64,000 nucleotides of DNA from Methanobacteriota archaeon (GTDB lineage: Archaea; Methanobacteriota; Methanobacteria; Methanobacteriales; Methanobacteriaceae). Every line of letters starts with the position of its first letter. Position 1 is the first letter of the stretch. The notes below the pieces were generated by a model. The model saw only the letters and a list, made by a program, of their open reading frames with translations, was not told the DNA's origin and did no database searches. Below are positions 49,710 to 60,477 of this stretch, piece by piece. The position numbers and the translations under genes are program-made. The DNA is taken from NCBI GenBank assembly GCA_963787255.1, contig CAWBCJ010000029.1, forward strand, positions 64,001 through 128,000, read 5' to 3'.

Positions 49710-50100
49710 TTTTTTTAACCTCCATAAGTTTATTTCTTATAATAATTTATGTATAAACTTACTATTAAATATGAAGTTTAAAGTATTAAAAAATATAGAA
49801 AACGCTCTTTTTAAGGTTAGTACTATCTTAAAAGATATCATTGAAGTTTTAATAGTTTTATCCGTATCTAAAATAGTAAATTATATCTTTAAAGTTAATA
49901 TGAAAAGATAAATTTAATATTAGGACTATATTTGAGATTTTAAAAATTGAATTATAAAAAAAATAGAAAATAAAGTTAAATATAATTTTTAAATTAAATC
50001 ATGATAAAACCGGACATTTATGCCTTTAAAGGGTTTCGTAAAAAAAAATTTAAAAATGTCCATTAATTAATGGAACTTAAAATTTAATTTAAAACTAATC

Positions 50101-50337
50101 TTATTCAACTACGTCAGCAAAGCCGAAGTTCTTTCTTGTTGAATTTATTTTAATTTTAACTTCATCACCGAGTTTGGCGCCTGAAACAAATACTACATAT
50201 CCTTCTATTCTTGCAATTCCGTCGCCATCTCTTCCTACATCTTCAATTTTAACATCGTATTCCTCTCCCACATTGATAGGAGCGGAAGGTCCTCTATTAT
50301 CTGAGAAATTATCTCTTCCATAATTATTTCTAAACAA
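50101..50337 (-). CDS. Single-TRAM-domain RNA chaperone (second paralogue)
   Basis: [35 protein letters not shown]; TTG start after AGGATGTGA. Confidence 0.92.
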   Translation of the reverse strand: MFRNNYGRDNFSDNRGPSAPINVGEEYDVKIEDVGRDGDGIARIEGYVVFVSGAKLGDEVKIKINSTRKNFGFADVVE

Positions 50338-50472
50338 TTCATCACATCCTAAATGAGCCAGATAACTGACTTAATACTCAGTGTTCATTTTGAAATTATA
50401 TAAATTTTATGTTTTAATAAATTTTTTTAATTTGATCATTTTTTTATAAAATTAGTCACATAACAATATTAT

Positions 50473-50955
50473 ATGATTGGAATAATGTCAGATTCACACG
50501 ACAATCTGGATGCCATTAGAAAGGCAGTTGATGCATTTAATAAGGCTGAAGTAGATCTTGTAATACATGCCGGAGATATGATATCCCCATTTACCGCCAA
50601 AGAGATTAGAAAACTAAATTGTGAGTTTAAAGCCGTTTTTGGGAATAATGATGGAGAACGAGATGGTCTAAGACATTTTTTTAAAGGTATATGCTATCAC
50701 GACGATTTTCAAGAGCTTGAAATTGAAGGAAAGAGATTTGTAGTTATCCATGGAACTAACGAAGATGTAGTAGATGCTCTAGTTAAAAGCAATAAGTATG
50801 ATGTGGTTATAAGAGGACATACTCACAAATTAGAGATAAAAGAAGGAAAGTCTTTGATGATAAATCCTGGAGAGACCTGCGGTTACTTATCAGGCGAACA
50901 AACTGTATTATTACTTGATCCAGAGGATTTGAGCTACAAAACAGTATTTCTGTAA
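50473..50955 (+). CDS. YfcE/MJ0936-type metallophosphoesterase
   Basis: SDSH, HAGD, GNND, HG, GHTH, NPG. Confidence 0.92.
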   Translation: MIGIMSDSHDNLDAIRKAVDAFNKAEVDLVIHAGDMISPFTAKEIRKLNCEFKAVFGNNDGERDGLRHFFKGICYHDDFQELEIEGKRFVVIHGTNEDVVDALVKSNKYDVVIRGHTHKLEIKEGKSLMINPGETCGYLSGEQTVLLLDPEDLSYKTVFL

Positions 50956-51054
50956 AATTAGTTTTACATAAGCGATTAAGAGAATGTTTTTTTCGGCTAA
51001 AAAATATAATTAAACAAAATGCAGATTATTTTATGCACTATCAAGGTACAAAAA

Positions 51055-52071
51055 ATGAAATATAAACCTTTGATCCTGATATTAATTGGAATTGGAGTTC
51101 TAATAGGTATGATCCTATTTATAGGGCCTGGAAATATTGAAAGCGCCATTAAACTAGCTAATCCCTGGTATGTTGCCCTTGCTGTAATTTTACAGTTTGC
51201 TGTTTACGGACTCTGGACCTGGAGATGGTCTATAAACATTAAATCCGTTGGTATTTCTGTTAAAAAACAGCATGTTTTTCCAATGCTTATGGTAGGTTTA
51301 GCTGTAAATAACTTGACTCCCAGTGCAAGGGGTGGGGGAGAACCTATAAGAGGTTATATACTGAGTAAATATTCAAATTCTTCATTTGAAAAGTCATTTG
51401 CAACAGTTATAGCTGATAGAGGCCTCGATACGTTTCCATTCATAGTTTTAGCAGTTATTACAATAGTTGCTGCAGTTTTTTATTTGAATTTACCTGATTA
51501 TGCCCTATACTCACTTATAATTGCAGTCTTAGTTTTAGTTGTAGTGTTTTTTATAGTACTTTACATGTCTTTTAACCTTGACTTTGGGCGTAAAGTTTCA
51601 TTGTGGCTTGTAGGTTTGATAAAAAGATTTTCTAAAAAGGATCATAGCAAACTGGAAGAAAATGCACTTAAAGCGATTCATGGTTTTCAAAACAGCATGC
51701 GCACAATGGTGAAGGACAGGAATGTATTGCTTTATGGACTTCCAATTTCTTTTTTAATCTGGTTTTTAGAAATAATAAGAGTATATGTAATTTTTTCTGC
51801 ATTTAACGTTGATGTGTCCCTTTTGGTGATTGCAGTGGTCTTTATAATATCCACTTTAATTGGACTGATTCCACTTCTTCCAGGAGGTTTAGGGGCCGTT
51901 GACGGAATCATGATAATACTATTTTCCGCTGCAGGAGTTCCTCCATCTATAAGTGCAGCTGCAACAATTGTAGAGCGTCTAATATCTTTCTGGATGACTT
52001 CAATTATAGGTATTGCACTGCTTCCTTATTTTGGAACAAGTGTGGTGGAAAGAATCACCAAGAAGTCTTAG
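51055..52071 (+). CDS. UPF0104 (MprF flippase-like) membrane protein
   Basis: RW, NNLTP...GGEP.R, DR.LD, PGGLG.VD, ERLISFW. Confidence 0.88.
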   Translation: MKYKPLILILIGIGVLIGMILFIGPGNIESAIKLANPWYVALAVILQFAVYGLWTWRWSINIKSVGISVKKQHVFPMLMVGLAVNNLTPSARGGGEPIRGYILSKYSNSSFEKSFATVIADRGLDTFPFIVLAVITIVAAVFYLNLPDYALYSLIIAVLVLVVVFFIVLYMSFNLDFGRKVSLWLVGLIKRFSKKDHSKLEENALKAIHGFQNSMRTMVKDRNVLLYGLPISFLIWFLEIIRVYVIFSAFNVDVSLLVIAVVFIISTLIGLIPLLPGGLGAVDGIMIILFSAAGVPPSISAAATIVERLISFWMTSIIGIALLPYFGTSVVERITKKS

Positions 52072-52270
52072 GGCACGTTTAAATAGTTTTAAATAACTCT
52101 TTTAGCATTTAAAATCATAAGTATTTTTAAAAGTTGCTAAATACCTTTATAATTGGATTTATAATTCAATGAATTTTTTTTATTTTAATATTAGTTTTTA
52201 AATTGAATTACTAAAAATCAAATAGAAAAATATATAATATTTCTAAAACTACCATCAAAAGGTGATAATC

Positions 52271-53164
52271 ATGGAAATAAACGGTGTAGAAATAGAAGAT
52301 ACATTTGCAGAAGCATTCGGTATACAGGTTTCAAGAATTCTTGTAACTGCTGCAACCAAAAAACTAGCAAAAATAGCAGCAACTGAAGCTACAGGTTACG
52401 GGACTTCAGTTATTGGTTGTCCTGCTGAAGCAGGGATAGATTGTTATGTTCCTCCAGAAGAAACTCCTGACGGAAGACCTGGTTACATAATAATGATCTG
52501 TAATATGTCCAAGAAAAAACTGGATCACGAATTATTAGAGCGTGTAGGAATGTGCGTGCTAACAGCTGCAACAACTGCGGCTTTTAACGCTCTTGACGAT
52601 GAGGAAGAAAAATTAAAAACCGGATTCAAGCTTAAATTCTTTGGAGACGGCTTTGAAAAAGAATTAGACATTGATGGAAGAACTGTTTACTCAATACCTA
52701 TCATGTCCGGAGACTTTTTAGTAGAAGGCGAATTTGGTATAAAAGCAGGTGTGGCAGGTGGTAACTTCTTTATAATGGGTGACAGCCAGTCATCAGCATT
52801 AATTGCTGCTGAAGCTGCTGTTGACGCTATTGATGCAATTAAAGGTGCCATAACACCATTCCCTGGTGGAGTAGTTGCATCTGGTTCTAAAGTAGGTTCA
52901 AACAAATACAAATTCTTAGGTGCTTCTACTAATGAGAAAATGTGCGTTACACTTAAAGATTCAGTTGAAGGAAGCGAAATTCCAGCAGATGTAAACGGTG
53001 TATATGAAATTGTCATTGACGGTGAAAACGAAGAAGTCGTTAAAGAAGCAATGAAAGTCGGAATAGAAGCTGCTGTAAAAGTTCCTGGTGTTTTAAAAAT
53101 AAGTGCAGGAAACTTCGGCGGAAACCTCGGTGCATTTAAAATAAACCTTCACGACTTATTCTAA
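52271..53164 (+). CDS. ftr: Formylmethanofuran:H4MPT formyltransferase
   Basis: [54 protein letters not shown]. Confidence 0.97.
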   Translation: MEINGVEIEDTFAEAFGIQVSRILVTAATKKLAKIAATEATGYGTSVIGCPAEAGIDCYVPPEETPDGRPGYIIMICNMSKKKLDHELLERVGMCVLTAATTAAFNALDDEEEKLKTGFKLKFFGDGFEKELDIDGRTVYSIPIMSGDFLVEGEFGIKAGVAGGNFFIMGDSQSSALIAAEAAVDAIDAIKGAITPFPGGVVASGSKVGSNKYKFLGASTNEKMCVTLKDSVEGSEIPADVNGVYEIVIDGENEEVVKEAMKVGIEAAVKVPGVLKISAGNFGGNLGAFKINLHDLF

Positions 53165-53237
53165 GCTCTCAAAAACGGACAGTATTTAAGCGCGAAACTT
53201 CGTTTTGCTAGCTATGAATTATATGAAAGTGTTTGTA

Positions 53238-53260
53238 AGGTTTAAAAAACCTATTTTTTT
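53238..53260 (+). terminator. Hairpin plus T tract after ftr
   Basis: AGGTTT-AAA-AAACCT followed by ATTTTTTT; a second hairpin GCGAAAC-TTC-GTTTTGC lies at 53192-53208. Confidence 0.55.
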
Positions 53261-53504
53261 CTTTTTATTAAAATTGAAATCTGCAGTTTTTAAATTCGAA
53301 ATGTTGATTACTCATTATTAAATAATTTAATTTCCCAAATAAATCATTGATAAGTGTTTATTCCTGTTTAAATCCCTAAAATGTTTCAAATCATCACTTA
53401 TGGAATAATTTATAAGTGAGTTAACACCAATAGAGCACCATCTTATAAAACATTAATCCGGTCTTTTTAATTAAATCTAGAAAACGGTTTTATGAAGGGA
53501 TTTC

Positions 53505-54224
53505 ATGCCATATTTGATATGTGAAAAGTGTAAAGGGTATTACGAGCTTCAAGTGGGAGAATCGATTGCAGATTTCGAAGAATGTGAATGTGGTGGCAGT
53601 TTAAAGCAGTTAGAATCCTTAGATATCCCCTACAATAAACAGAGGGTAAAAACTATCATTGAAACATTTAAAGATAATTATAAATCCTCCAAAGAAAAAT
53701 CTGAATACGCAGAGGAAACTCCAAAACTGAGCATTAGTGTTGATTATACTGAGGGTATAAATAGGCTGTTAAAAGAAGATAGACCATCAAAAAAAGATGC
53801 TAATGCAGAATTACAAAGATCTACTCTTAAAGAAGTAGCTTTAATTCCAGAACTCTACAATTTTAAGTATCTAGATTCCATAGATGACGATACATCATCT
53901 AAAATCATTGAAATAATTGCAGAAGTTGTTTACGAAGGTAAGGGAATAATAGACGCGACAAATGAAATAGTATCCAGAACATCCATAAAATATGATGACG
54001 CATTACACATTAGCAGAAATGAAATAAGCAGAATAAAAAACCTTGGAAACTGGTATATTCACAAAGAAAAAGGATATAACCATTTTAAAATATCTAAATC
54101 ATTTAATGCATGCGCAAAATGCGGTAAAGCATATGATAATATGATATTTACCATGGAACAGGTGGAAATGTTGCCCCCACTTCATGATCTGTGTAAATGT
54201 AACGCTATTTTTTATAAAGAATAA
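53505..54224 (+). CDS. N-terminal Zn-ribbon fused to a phage MuF (head morphogenesis)-like domain
   Basis: YLICEKC.GYYEL..GES..DF..CECGG.L at the N-terminus; C-terminal ISRNEISR...G...CAKC...PPLHDLCKC resembles MuF IARTE...CxxC...PPxHPxCRC. Confidence 0.62.
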   Translation: MPYLICEKCKGYYELQVGESIADFEECECGGSLKQLESLDIPYNKQRVKTIIETFKDNYKSSKEKSEYAEETPKLSISVDYTEGINRLLKEDRPSKKDANAELQRSTLKEVALIPELYNFKYLDSIDDDTSSKIIEIIAEVVYEGKGIIDATNEIVSRTSIKYDDALHISRNEISRIKNLGNWYIHKEKGYNHFKISKSFNACAKCGKAYDNMIFTMEQVEMLPPLHDLCKCNAIFYKE

Positions 54225-54250
54225 AAATAAATAAAAAAACAATTTAAGTT

Positions 54251-54433
54251 TTAATCTCCTCCAAATACGTAGCCGCAGCATGAACACCGGTATTTACCTT
54301 CTTTAGACCTGAAACCTGTTGATGATTTATGCGGTTGTCCCCCAACAACTCCTACTGTTCCAGAATCCTTCAAAATATGCTTGTCTTCACATCCACACTT
54401 AGGACATTTTTTATTTAGCTCTTCTGCTTTCAT
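54251..54433 (-). CDS. TIGR04165-type methanogen Cys-rich peptide
   Basis: MK.EEL.KKCPKCGC.DK...G..RC..CGYVF; GGAGG RBS. Confidence 0.72.
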   Translation of the reverse strand: MKAEELNKKCPKCGCEDKHILKDSGTVGVVGGQPHKSSTGFRSKEGKYRCSCCGYVFGGD

Positions 54434-54537
54434 ACACATTACCTCCAGCTAAATCTATGAAAACCTTCATTAAATGATTTTTAATAGAACTTAATTTCTA
54501 TACATTTATTATTTTCTATCATTCAATTTAAATTGGA

Positions 54538-56457
54538 TTAAGGATTTTGAGATTCAACAATCTCCCATATCTTTTCTTCAGGTAAATTAACTCCAAATAG
54601 AATTCCTGCTTTATTCAAATCCTTTTCAATCTTCTTTATTGCATGTATATCCGGTGCTGCAACAGTATGGGAATGCACATGTCTTGATATATTGTATAAA
54701 GCTTCCACAGATCTTCGGGCATCTGGCCTTTTAAGTTCATCTTCGCAGTTTTTCACGTCTTCTTCTGAAATAATATACAGATTTCTGGTTACAATTTGTC
54801 TAACACCAGGTAAATAATGCTTTGAATCCAGAATTCTGCCCCCATATTTTATAATTATTCTTTTATCATCAAGATTTGTAACCTCATGTTTTAAAAGAAA
54901 TTCAACAACCCGCCCATATTCTTTAATTTTAGATTTTATCTCATCACCGGATAGATTTACCCCTAATAAATATCCTTTTTCCTTTAATTCCTTTTCAACC
55001 CTGGAAAGGCTTTTAGTATCCGGTCCAGAGATAGTGTGGGAGTGAATTCCACCACCTGAAAGAGCATATAACCTTTCTAAAGATTCCATCTTAGAATTAT
55101 CATGTTCAAGGCTTTCTAAAAATTTATCCATATCTTCAAATTTAGATAAGCCTACTTTACGATGTAAAGGTTCGCGAAATCCTTGCAAATAATATTCTAT
55201 ATCTTCTAATGTGCATCCGTGTTTTAAAATAATCTCTGATTCAGCCCTTATATCACCAACAGCGTGATTCTCGGTTATTTTCATTTCTGGCTTTATAACA
55301 ACTTCAACCAAACGACCATATTTCCTTGCCATCTCTCTTATCTCTTTCTCGTCTAGATCAACACCTAAAAGAAGTCCTTCTTTTTTAAGCTCTTCTGCAA
55401 CTTTATTTAAAGTTTCTTTATCCGGTCCAGAAATCCAGTGTGAATGAATTCCACTAACTGATTCGTATATTCTCTCTAAAGCCCTTTTCCTTGAAGGTTC
55501 ACGTTCTAAACTATCCAAAAATTTATGTAATTCACCTATTTTTGTTATTCCTATTTTCCTTTCAAGGGGTTCTTTAAATTCAGGGAGATGATATTCAATA
55601 TCTTCTAGGGTACAACCGTGTTTTAGTATAATTTCTGCCTCTTTTTTGATTTTAGAGACGTTGTGCATCATTGTTATTTTCATAATGGTCGGCTCTACAG
55701 CTGCAAAGTATATGTCTTCCCCACCACTTGTTTCAGGAGAAATAACTCTATCTGCCCCTGATCTATAAAGTCTCTTAATATTTTCTCGTTTACTTGCCCT
55801 TGCAACGATCCAAATCTCAGGATGTATCTCTCGTGCGGTTAAAGTTATAAAAAGGTTGTCTACATCGTCTCCTGTTGTAATTATAACTCCTCTTGCTTTT
55901 TTTATCCCTGCATCCATCAATATGCTCTCATCTGTTGCATCTCCAGGAATTGCAAGAACTTCAGGATCTTCCCATAACTCTTTTTCTACAATTTTCCTAT
56001 CTCTTTCAATTATTATTCCCACCTGGTTTCTTTTTTTAAGCTCTCTGAAAACTGCTGCACCCACTCTACCGTATCCACAAAGCACGAAATGGTTTTTAGT
56101 TGCAGCCATTTTCTTTCTTAACCTGGAACCAGAGGTAATTTCTTCTACAGTCATTGTAACCACCGAAATTGTTAAAGTAAATACATAAGCTAGTAAACCA
56201 ACCCCTCCTAAAACAAGAGTTACTGTAAAAAGTTTTTGTAGAGGAGTTGCTGGACTAATGTCCCCATAACCCACAGTTGCTATAGTTATAACAGTAAAAT
56301 ATAAAGAATTGATTAAATCAAGGTGCATAATATATAAAGAACCTATTATTCCATAAACTGCTAAGGATATTAGAGCTATTAAAGCATATGTCAATATACT
56401 ATAAGAAATTGAAGGCATATTTTCCGAGATTGCAGGAAGCTTAGGTCTTTGGGCCAC
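54538..56457 (-). CDS. K+ channel with RCK domain and three tandem 3H (NiaR-type) domains
   Basis: TVGYGD filter between two TM helices; CGYGRVG RCK motif; three repeats ending (I/V)HSH(W/T); GTG start after GGTGAT. Confidence 0.88.
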   Translation of the reverse strand: MAQRPKLPAISENMPSISYSILTYALIALISLAVYGIIGSLYIMHLDLINSLYFTVITIATVGYGDISPATPLQKLFTVTLVLGGVGLLAYVFTLTISVVTMTVEEITSGSRLRKKMAATKNHFVLCGYGRVGAAVFRELKKRNQVGIIIERDRKIVEKELWEDPEVLAIPGDATDESILMDAGIKKARGVIITTGDDVDNLFITLTAREIHPEIWIVARASKRENIKRLYRSGADRVISPETSGGEDIYFAAVEPTIMKITMMHNVSKIKKEAEIILKHGCTLEDIEYHLPEFKEPLERKIGITKIGELHKFLDSLEREPSRKRALERIYESVSGIHSHWISGPDKETLNKVAEELKKEGLLLGVDLDEKEIREMARKYGRLVEVVIKPEMKITENHAVGDIRAESEIILKHGCTLEDIEYYLQGFREPLHRKVGLSKFEDMDKFLESLEHDNSKMESLERLYALSGGGIHSHTISGPDTKSLSRVEKELKEKGYLLGVNLSGDEIKSKIKEYGRVVEFLLKHEVTNLDDKRIIIKYGGRILDSKHYLPGVRQIVTRNLYIISEEDVKNCEDELKRPDARRSVEALYNISRHVHSHTVAAPDIHAIKKIEKDLNKAGILFGVNLPEEKIWEIVESQNP

Positions 56458-56556
56458 CAAATCACCATGAAGATAAATAATAAATTTTAAAGAAATCAAG
56501 TATTATTAAATAATTGGTTTTATAGATAATAAATATATTATATACAAAGTGATAAC

Positions 56557-58029
56557 ATGACCCCCAAGGACATGATGGTAGCTGATAGCAATGCAGAAGA
56601 TTTGGGAATTCCTAAATCTGTTTTGATGGAAAATGCAGGTAAATCTGTTGCTGATCATATTATTAACATTTTAGATCCATGTAAAGTTACTATATTTGCC
56701 GGTACAGGCGGTAACGGTGGTGACGGATTTGTTGCAGCAAGGCATCTTTTAAACAACAGTTACAGCGTGGATTTATTTTTTTTAGGATATCCAAATAGGA
56801 TTAAATCACCTGAAACTCTTCAAAATTGGACTGCAATTCAAAATATTAGTATAGGTCTAAATTCTCTTAAATTAGAAGTTATTGAAGATTCATCTGCACT
56901 CCCAAAAGTTGATTCTCCAGTTATTGTTGATGCACTGCTTGGAACTGGAATCCATGGTAAAATTAAAGAGCCTATTTCCAGTGCAATTGACATTGTAAAC
57001 AAATCAAGAGGAATTAAAATTGCAGTTGATATGCCAAGCGGACTAGATCCTTTAACTGGTGAAGCTCCAGATAAAGCCGTGGAGGCAGATTACACCATTA
57101 CATTCCATAAAATCAAAACTGGACTTAAAAAAACAGAAATAAAGTACGTTGGAAATATTATTGTGTACGACATAGGCATTCCAAAAGAAGCCGAAACGTT
57201 TTTAGGCAAAGGAGACCTTTTACGTCTCAAAAAACGAGATATTACCTCCCATAAGGGCAATAATGGAACAGTTCTTGTAGTTGGCGGAAGTTCAGATTAT
57301 TCCGGTGCTCCAACATTTGCAGGACTTTCTGCTTTTAAATCTGGTGTTGATTTAGTTTATGTTGCCTGTCCTGAAAGTGTCTCCTCAACAATCAGATCAT
57401 ATTCGCCGGATTTAATTGTAAATACACTTTCTCATGACTTTATTGTTGATGATGATGTTGATAAAATAATAGAACTTTCAAAAAAAGCGGATTCAGTTGT
57501 AATTGGCTGCGGTATTGGAAGAAATAACGAAACAACTTTAGCTGTAAATGAAATCGTTAGTGAAATCAAAAAACCAATGGTGATAGATGCAGATGGTTTA
57601 AAATTATTATATACTGATGTAATTAAGGAAATAGAAAGTGAAATAGTAGTTACACCCCATTCAGCAGAATTTGAATCATTATTTAGTATAAAAATGCCGG
57701 ATAGGCTTGAAGATAAAATAGAAACTGTTTCAAAAGCTGCTGGGGAAAATAATTGTGTTGTTCTTCTAAAAGGAGTTCTTGATATAATATCAAATGGCAA
57801 AAAAACAAGACTCAATAAAACTGGAAATCCTGGAATGACCGTTGGAGGTACAGGAGATTGTCTTGCAGGTCTTGTTGGGGGATTAATGGCTCAAGGACAT
57901 GATGGCTTTGAAGCTGCTTGCCTGGGTGCTTATATAAATGGTAGAGCTGGAGATATGGCCGCGGAGAAATACGAATATCACTTTATGGCAAGTGACATGA
58001 TAAAATACATTGATGACGCATTTAGATAA
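56557..58029 (+). CDS. nnr: Bifunctional NAD(P)H-hydrate epimerase/dehydratase
   Basis: LMENAG, GGNGGDG..AAR, DALLGTG, DMPSG; SHKG..G, DADG, TPH..EF, GGTGD.LAG. Confidence 0.95.
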   Translation: MTPKDMMVADSNAEDLGIPKSVLMENAGKSVADHIINILDPCKVTIFAGTGGNGGDGFVAARHLLNNSYSVDLFFLGYPNRIKSPETLQNWTAIQNISIGLNSLKLEVIEDSSALPKVDSPVIVDALLGTGIHGKIKEPISSAIDIVNKSRGIKIAVDMPSGLDPLTGEAPDKAVEADYTITFHKIKTGLKKTEIKYVGNIIVYDIGIPKEAETFLGKGDLLRLKKRDITSHKGNNGTVLVVGGSSDYSGAPTFAGLSAFKSGVDLVYVACPESVSSTIRSYSPDLIVNTLSHDFIVDDDVDKIIELSKKADSVVIGCGIGRNNETTLAVNEIVSEIKKPMVIDADGLKLLYTDVIKEIESEIVVTPHSAEFESLFSIKMPDRLEDKIETVSKAAGENNCVVLLKGVLDIISNGKKTRLNKTGNPGMTVGGTGDCLAGLVGGLMAQGHDGFEAACLGAYINGRAGDMAAEKYEYHFMASDMIKYIDDAFR

Positions 58030-58049
58030 ATATAAAAAAAATATTTTTC

Positions 58050-58304
58050 TTAGAATAATCCAAGTGCCTGTGCAATTATTAAAAGTATAACTCCAAATAC
58101 TCCTCCAAATCCTGCAATTAAAACGGTTAATATATTTATTGGAATGTTGATGAAAGGAAGTAAATTAACAATGACTAGGAAAATCCATCCGAGAATTACA
58201 TGAACCAGTATTTTTAAAAGCAGTCCGCCTAATTTAATTATAACTATAATCCCAATTAGTGCAATAATTACTATTACAGCTGCTGTTATCAGATCCAAAG
58301 CCAT
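58050..58304 (-). CDS. BofA-family small membrane protein
   Basis: H.ILGWI.L.IVN.....IPINI.T.LIAG.GG.FGV pattern. Confidence 0.72.
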   Translation of the reverse strand: MALDLITAAVIVIIALIGIIVIIKLGGLLLKILVHVILGWIFLVIVNLLPFINIPINILTVLIAGFGGVFGVILLIIAQALGLF

Positions 58305-58417
58305 TTTATCATTATTTATATTTGTTTAAACTGACTAATGTTTTTTTTGAATTATTTAAAATAGATAAAATATCAAATGAAAACAATTTTTACATTAAAT
58401 ATAGAAATAAAGGATAT

Positions 58418-59600
58418 TTAATCCTTTTTACAAATCTTATTGAATGTAGCAGCCTGAATACCGTAATTTTTAACCATTCCAGTCATTTCACGCTGATCCA
58501 TTCCTTTATCTTCAAAAGAAACTGTTTCTTCACTGTATAAGACTGTAAGGAGATTCTCTTCCAAGTATTCTGAGATTTCCCTTGTGAAGCTTCACTTTTA
58601 CAGTTCCTGTCACTCTTTTCTGCATGTTATCAACGAGAGCATCAAGGTCTTCCCTTAAAGGCTCGTGCCACAGTCCATCATATATAAGCTCAGAATAAAC
58701 TTCACTGACGTATGCCGCGAATTTAAGTTCACTTCTTGTTAATGTTAGTTGTTCTAATGCTTTATGAGCAGTTATAAGTAAAATTGCGCCAGGTACTTCG
58801 TAATTTTCCCTTGATTTAAGGCCAATTATCCTATCTTCAATTATATCAATTCTACCGATTCCGTTTAAGCCTGCAATTTCATTGCATTTCCGGATTAAAT
58901 CCAATGTACCCATTTTCTCATTATTCAGTGCTACAGGAACACCGTTTTCAAATTTGATTTCCAGAATCTGTGCTTCATCAGGCGCTTCTTCAGTTGAATT
59001 TGTCCATTCAAAAGCTTCTTCAGGTGTTTCCACCATAGGATCTTCCAGGATGTCTCCTTCAATTGATCTTCCCCAAAGATTTTCATCAATACTGTACTGT
59101 TTATCTGAAGGAAGAGGAATACCGTGATTTTCTGCATATTTTATTTCTTCACTTCTTGTAAGGTTTAAATCTCTAATAGGGGCTATAACATCAAGACTGG
59201 ATTTTGATCTTATTATAGATTCAAATCTAAATTGATCATTACCTTTTCCAGTACATCCGTGAGCTATTGCATCTGCACCCTCTTTTTTAGCAAGTTCCAC
59301 TATTTTCATAGCTATTAAAGGTCTTGCCAGTGCTGTACTTAATGGATAACCTTCATAAAGTGCGTTGGCTTTAATTGCCCTGAATATAAATTCTTCTGCA
59401 AATTCATCCTTTGCATCAACAGTATAATGTTTTAAGGAACCAATTTTATCTGCTGCCGCTGCAGGTCTTTCTATTTCTTCTTCAGGCTGCCCTACATCCA
59501 CGCATGCTGTAATAACTTTCATGTCGTATTTCTCTTCAAGCAGTTTAATGCACACTGATGTATCCAAGCCTCCGCTGAATGCGAGAACCACTTTCTTCAT
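58418..59600 (-). CDS. argG: Argininosuccinate synthase; +1 indel near 58538
   Basis: [42 protein letters not shown]; shifted frame continues YSEETVSFE...KD*. Confidence 0.93.
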
Positions 59601-59689
59601 TATTTCACCTTGATTATTTATAAGTCTAAATATAATATAAGATAACTATTGAGTATTGGAATATTATAAATTTATACTTGGTGGAAGAC

Positions 59690-60412
59690 ATGGCCATAGC
59701 CAGAAATATTATCATTGTGTCCCATGAAACCAGCGGCAGAATCGAAAAAAACACAGCTTTGATGGAATATCTATCAGAAAGTAGTGTTATTGATGATTTA
59801 ATAGATGCAGCAAAGATTGGAACTCCCCTCTTAAAAATTGGCAGTGGAAGCCCAAAAATAATGATTACCTCAGGAATACATGGAAATGAGCTTCCACCCC
59901 AGGTAGCTGCAATTCAGCTTATTGATGATTTATTAAACGCTGAAATAAATGGAACTCTCTATATTATTCCCTTTGCAATACCTTACGCCACTATGGAAAA
60001 TTCGCGAAGATTTAAAGGGATGGATATGAATAGAACTGCTTCAAAAGGTGGATTTATATCAAATAACATTATTAACACTATTAAATCTCTAAAAATAAGT
60101 GCCGTAGGGGATTTTCACTCGACAAAACCTGGAAGTAATCCCGGGATTGAAAGTGTTTTTTGCTCTAAAAGTCCTTGTTATGAAAGTTATTTAATGGCAA
60201 AACATATAACTGAAGCTAATGCATCTAAAATGATATGTCACCAAGAAGCAGGAGCACTGTACAATGGAGCGCTTGAAGATGAATGTAATCTCACTGGAAT
60301 TCCTGCCATTACCTGCGAAGTTGTATCAAGAAACGGTATTGTTGAAGGTAAGAGCTCTAAACGTTCTTATATTCAAATGAAATCTTATTTAGAGTATTTT
60401 AACATGATTTAA
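59690..60412 (+). CDS. M14 succinylglutamate desuccinylase/aspartoacylase family protein
   Basis: GIHGNE, DMNR, DFH, TCE motifs. Confidence 0.85.
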   Translation: MAIARNIIIVSHETSGRIEKNTALMEYLSESSVIDDLIDAAKIGTPLLKIGSGSPKIMITSGIHGNELPPQVAAIQLIDDLLNAEINGTLYIIPFAIPYATMENSRRFKGMDMNRTASKGGFISNNIINTIKSLKISAVGDFHSTKPGSNPGIESVFCSKSPCYESYLMAKHITEANASKMICHQEAGALYNGALEDECNLTGIPAITCEVVSRNGIVEGKSSKRSYIQMKSYLEYFNMI

Positions 60413-60477
60413 TTCATTACTACTTTAAAAGCTGGTAAATTTGTTCTAATTGTCTTTCAATGACTTCAAGTGATAGA

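Noticed and set aside
52100-52141. TTAGCA...TGCTAA as a CIRCE (HrcA) element
   Set aside because: Spacer far longer than 9 nt, inner arms do not match, and it precedes ftr rather than a chaperone gene
53164-54538. Prophage around the MuF-like gene
   Set aside because: Only one virus-like domain; no other viral genes or att repeats
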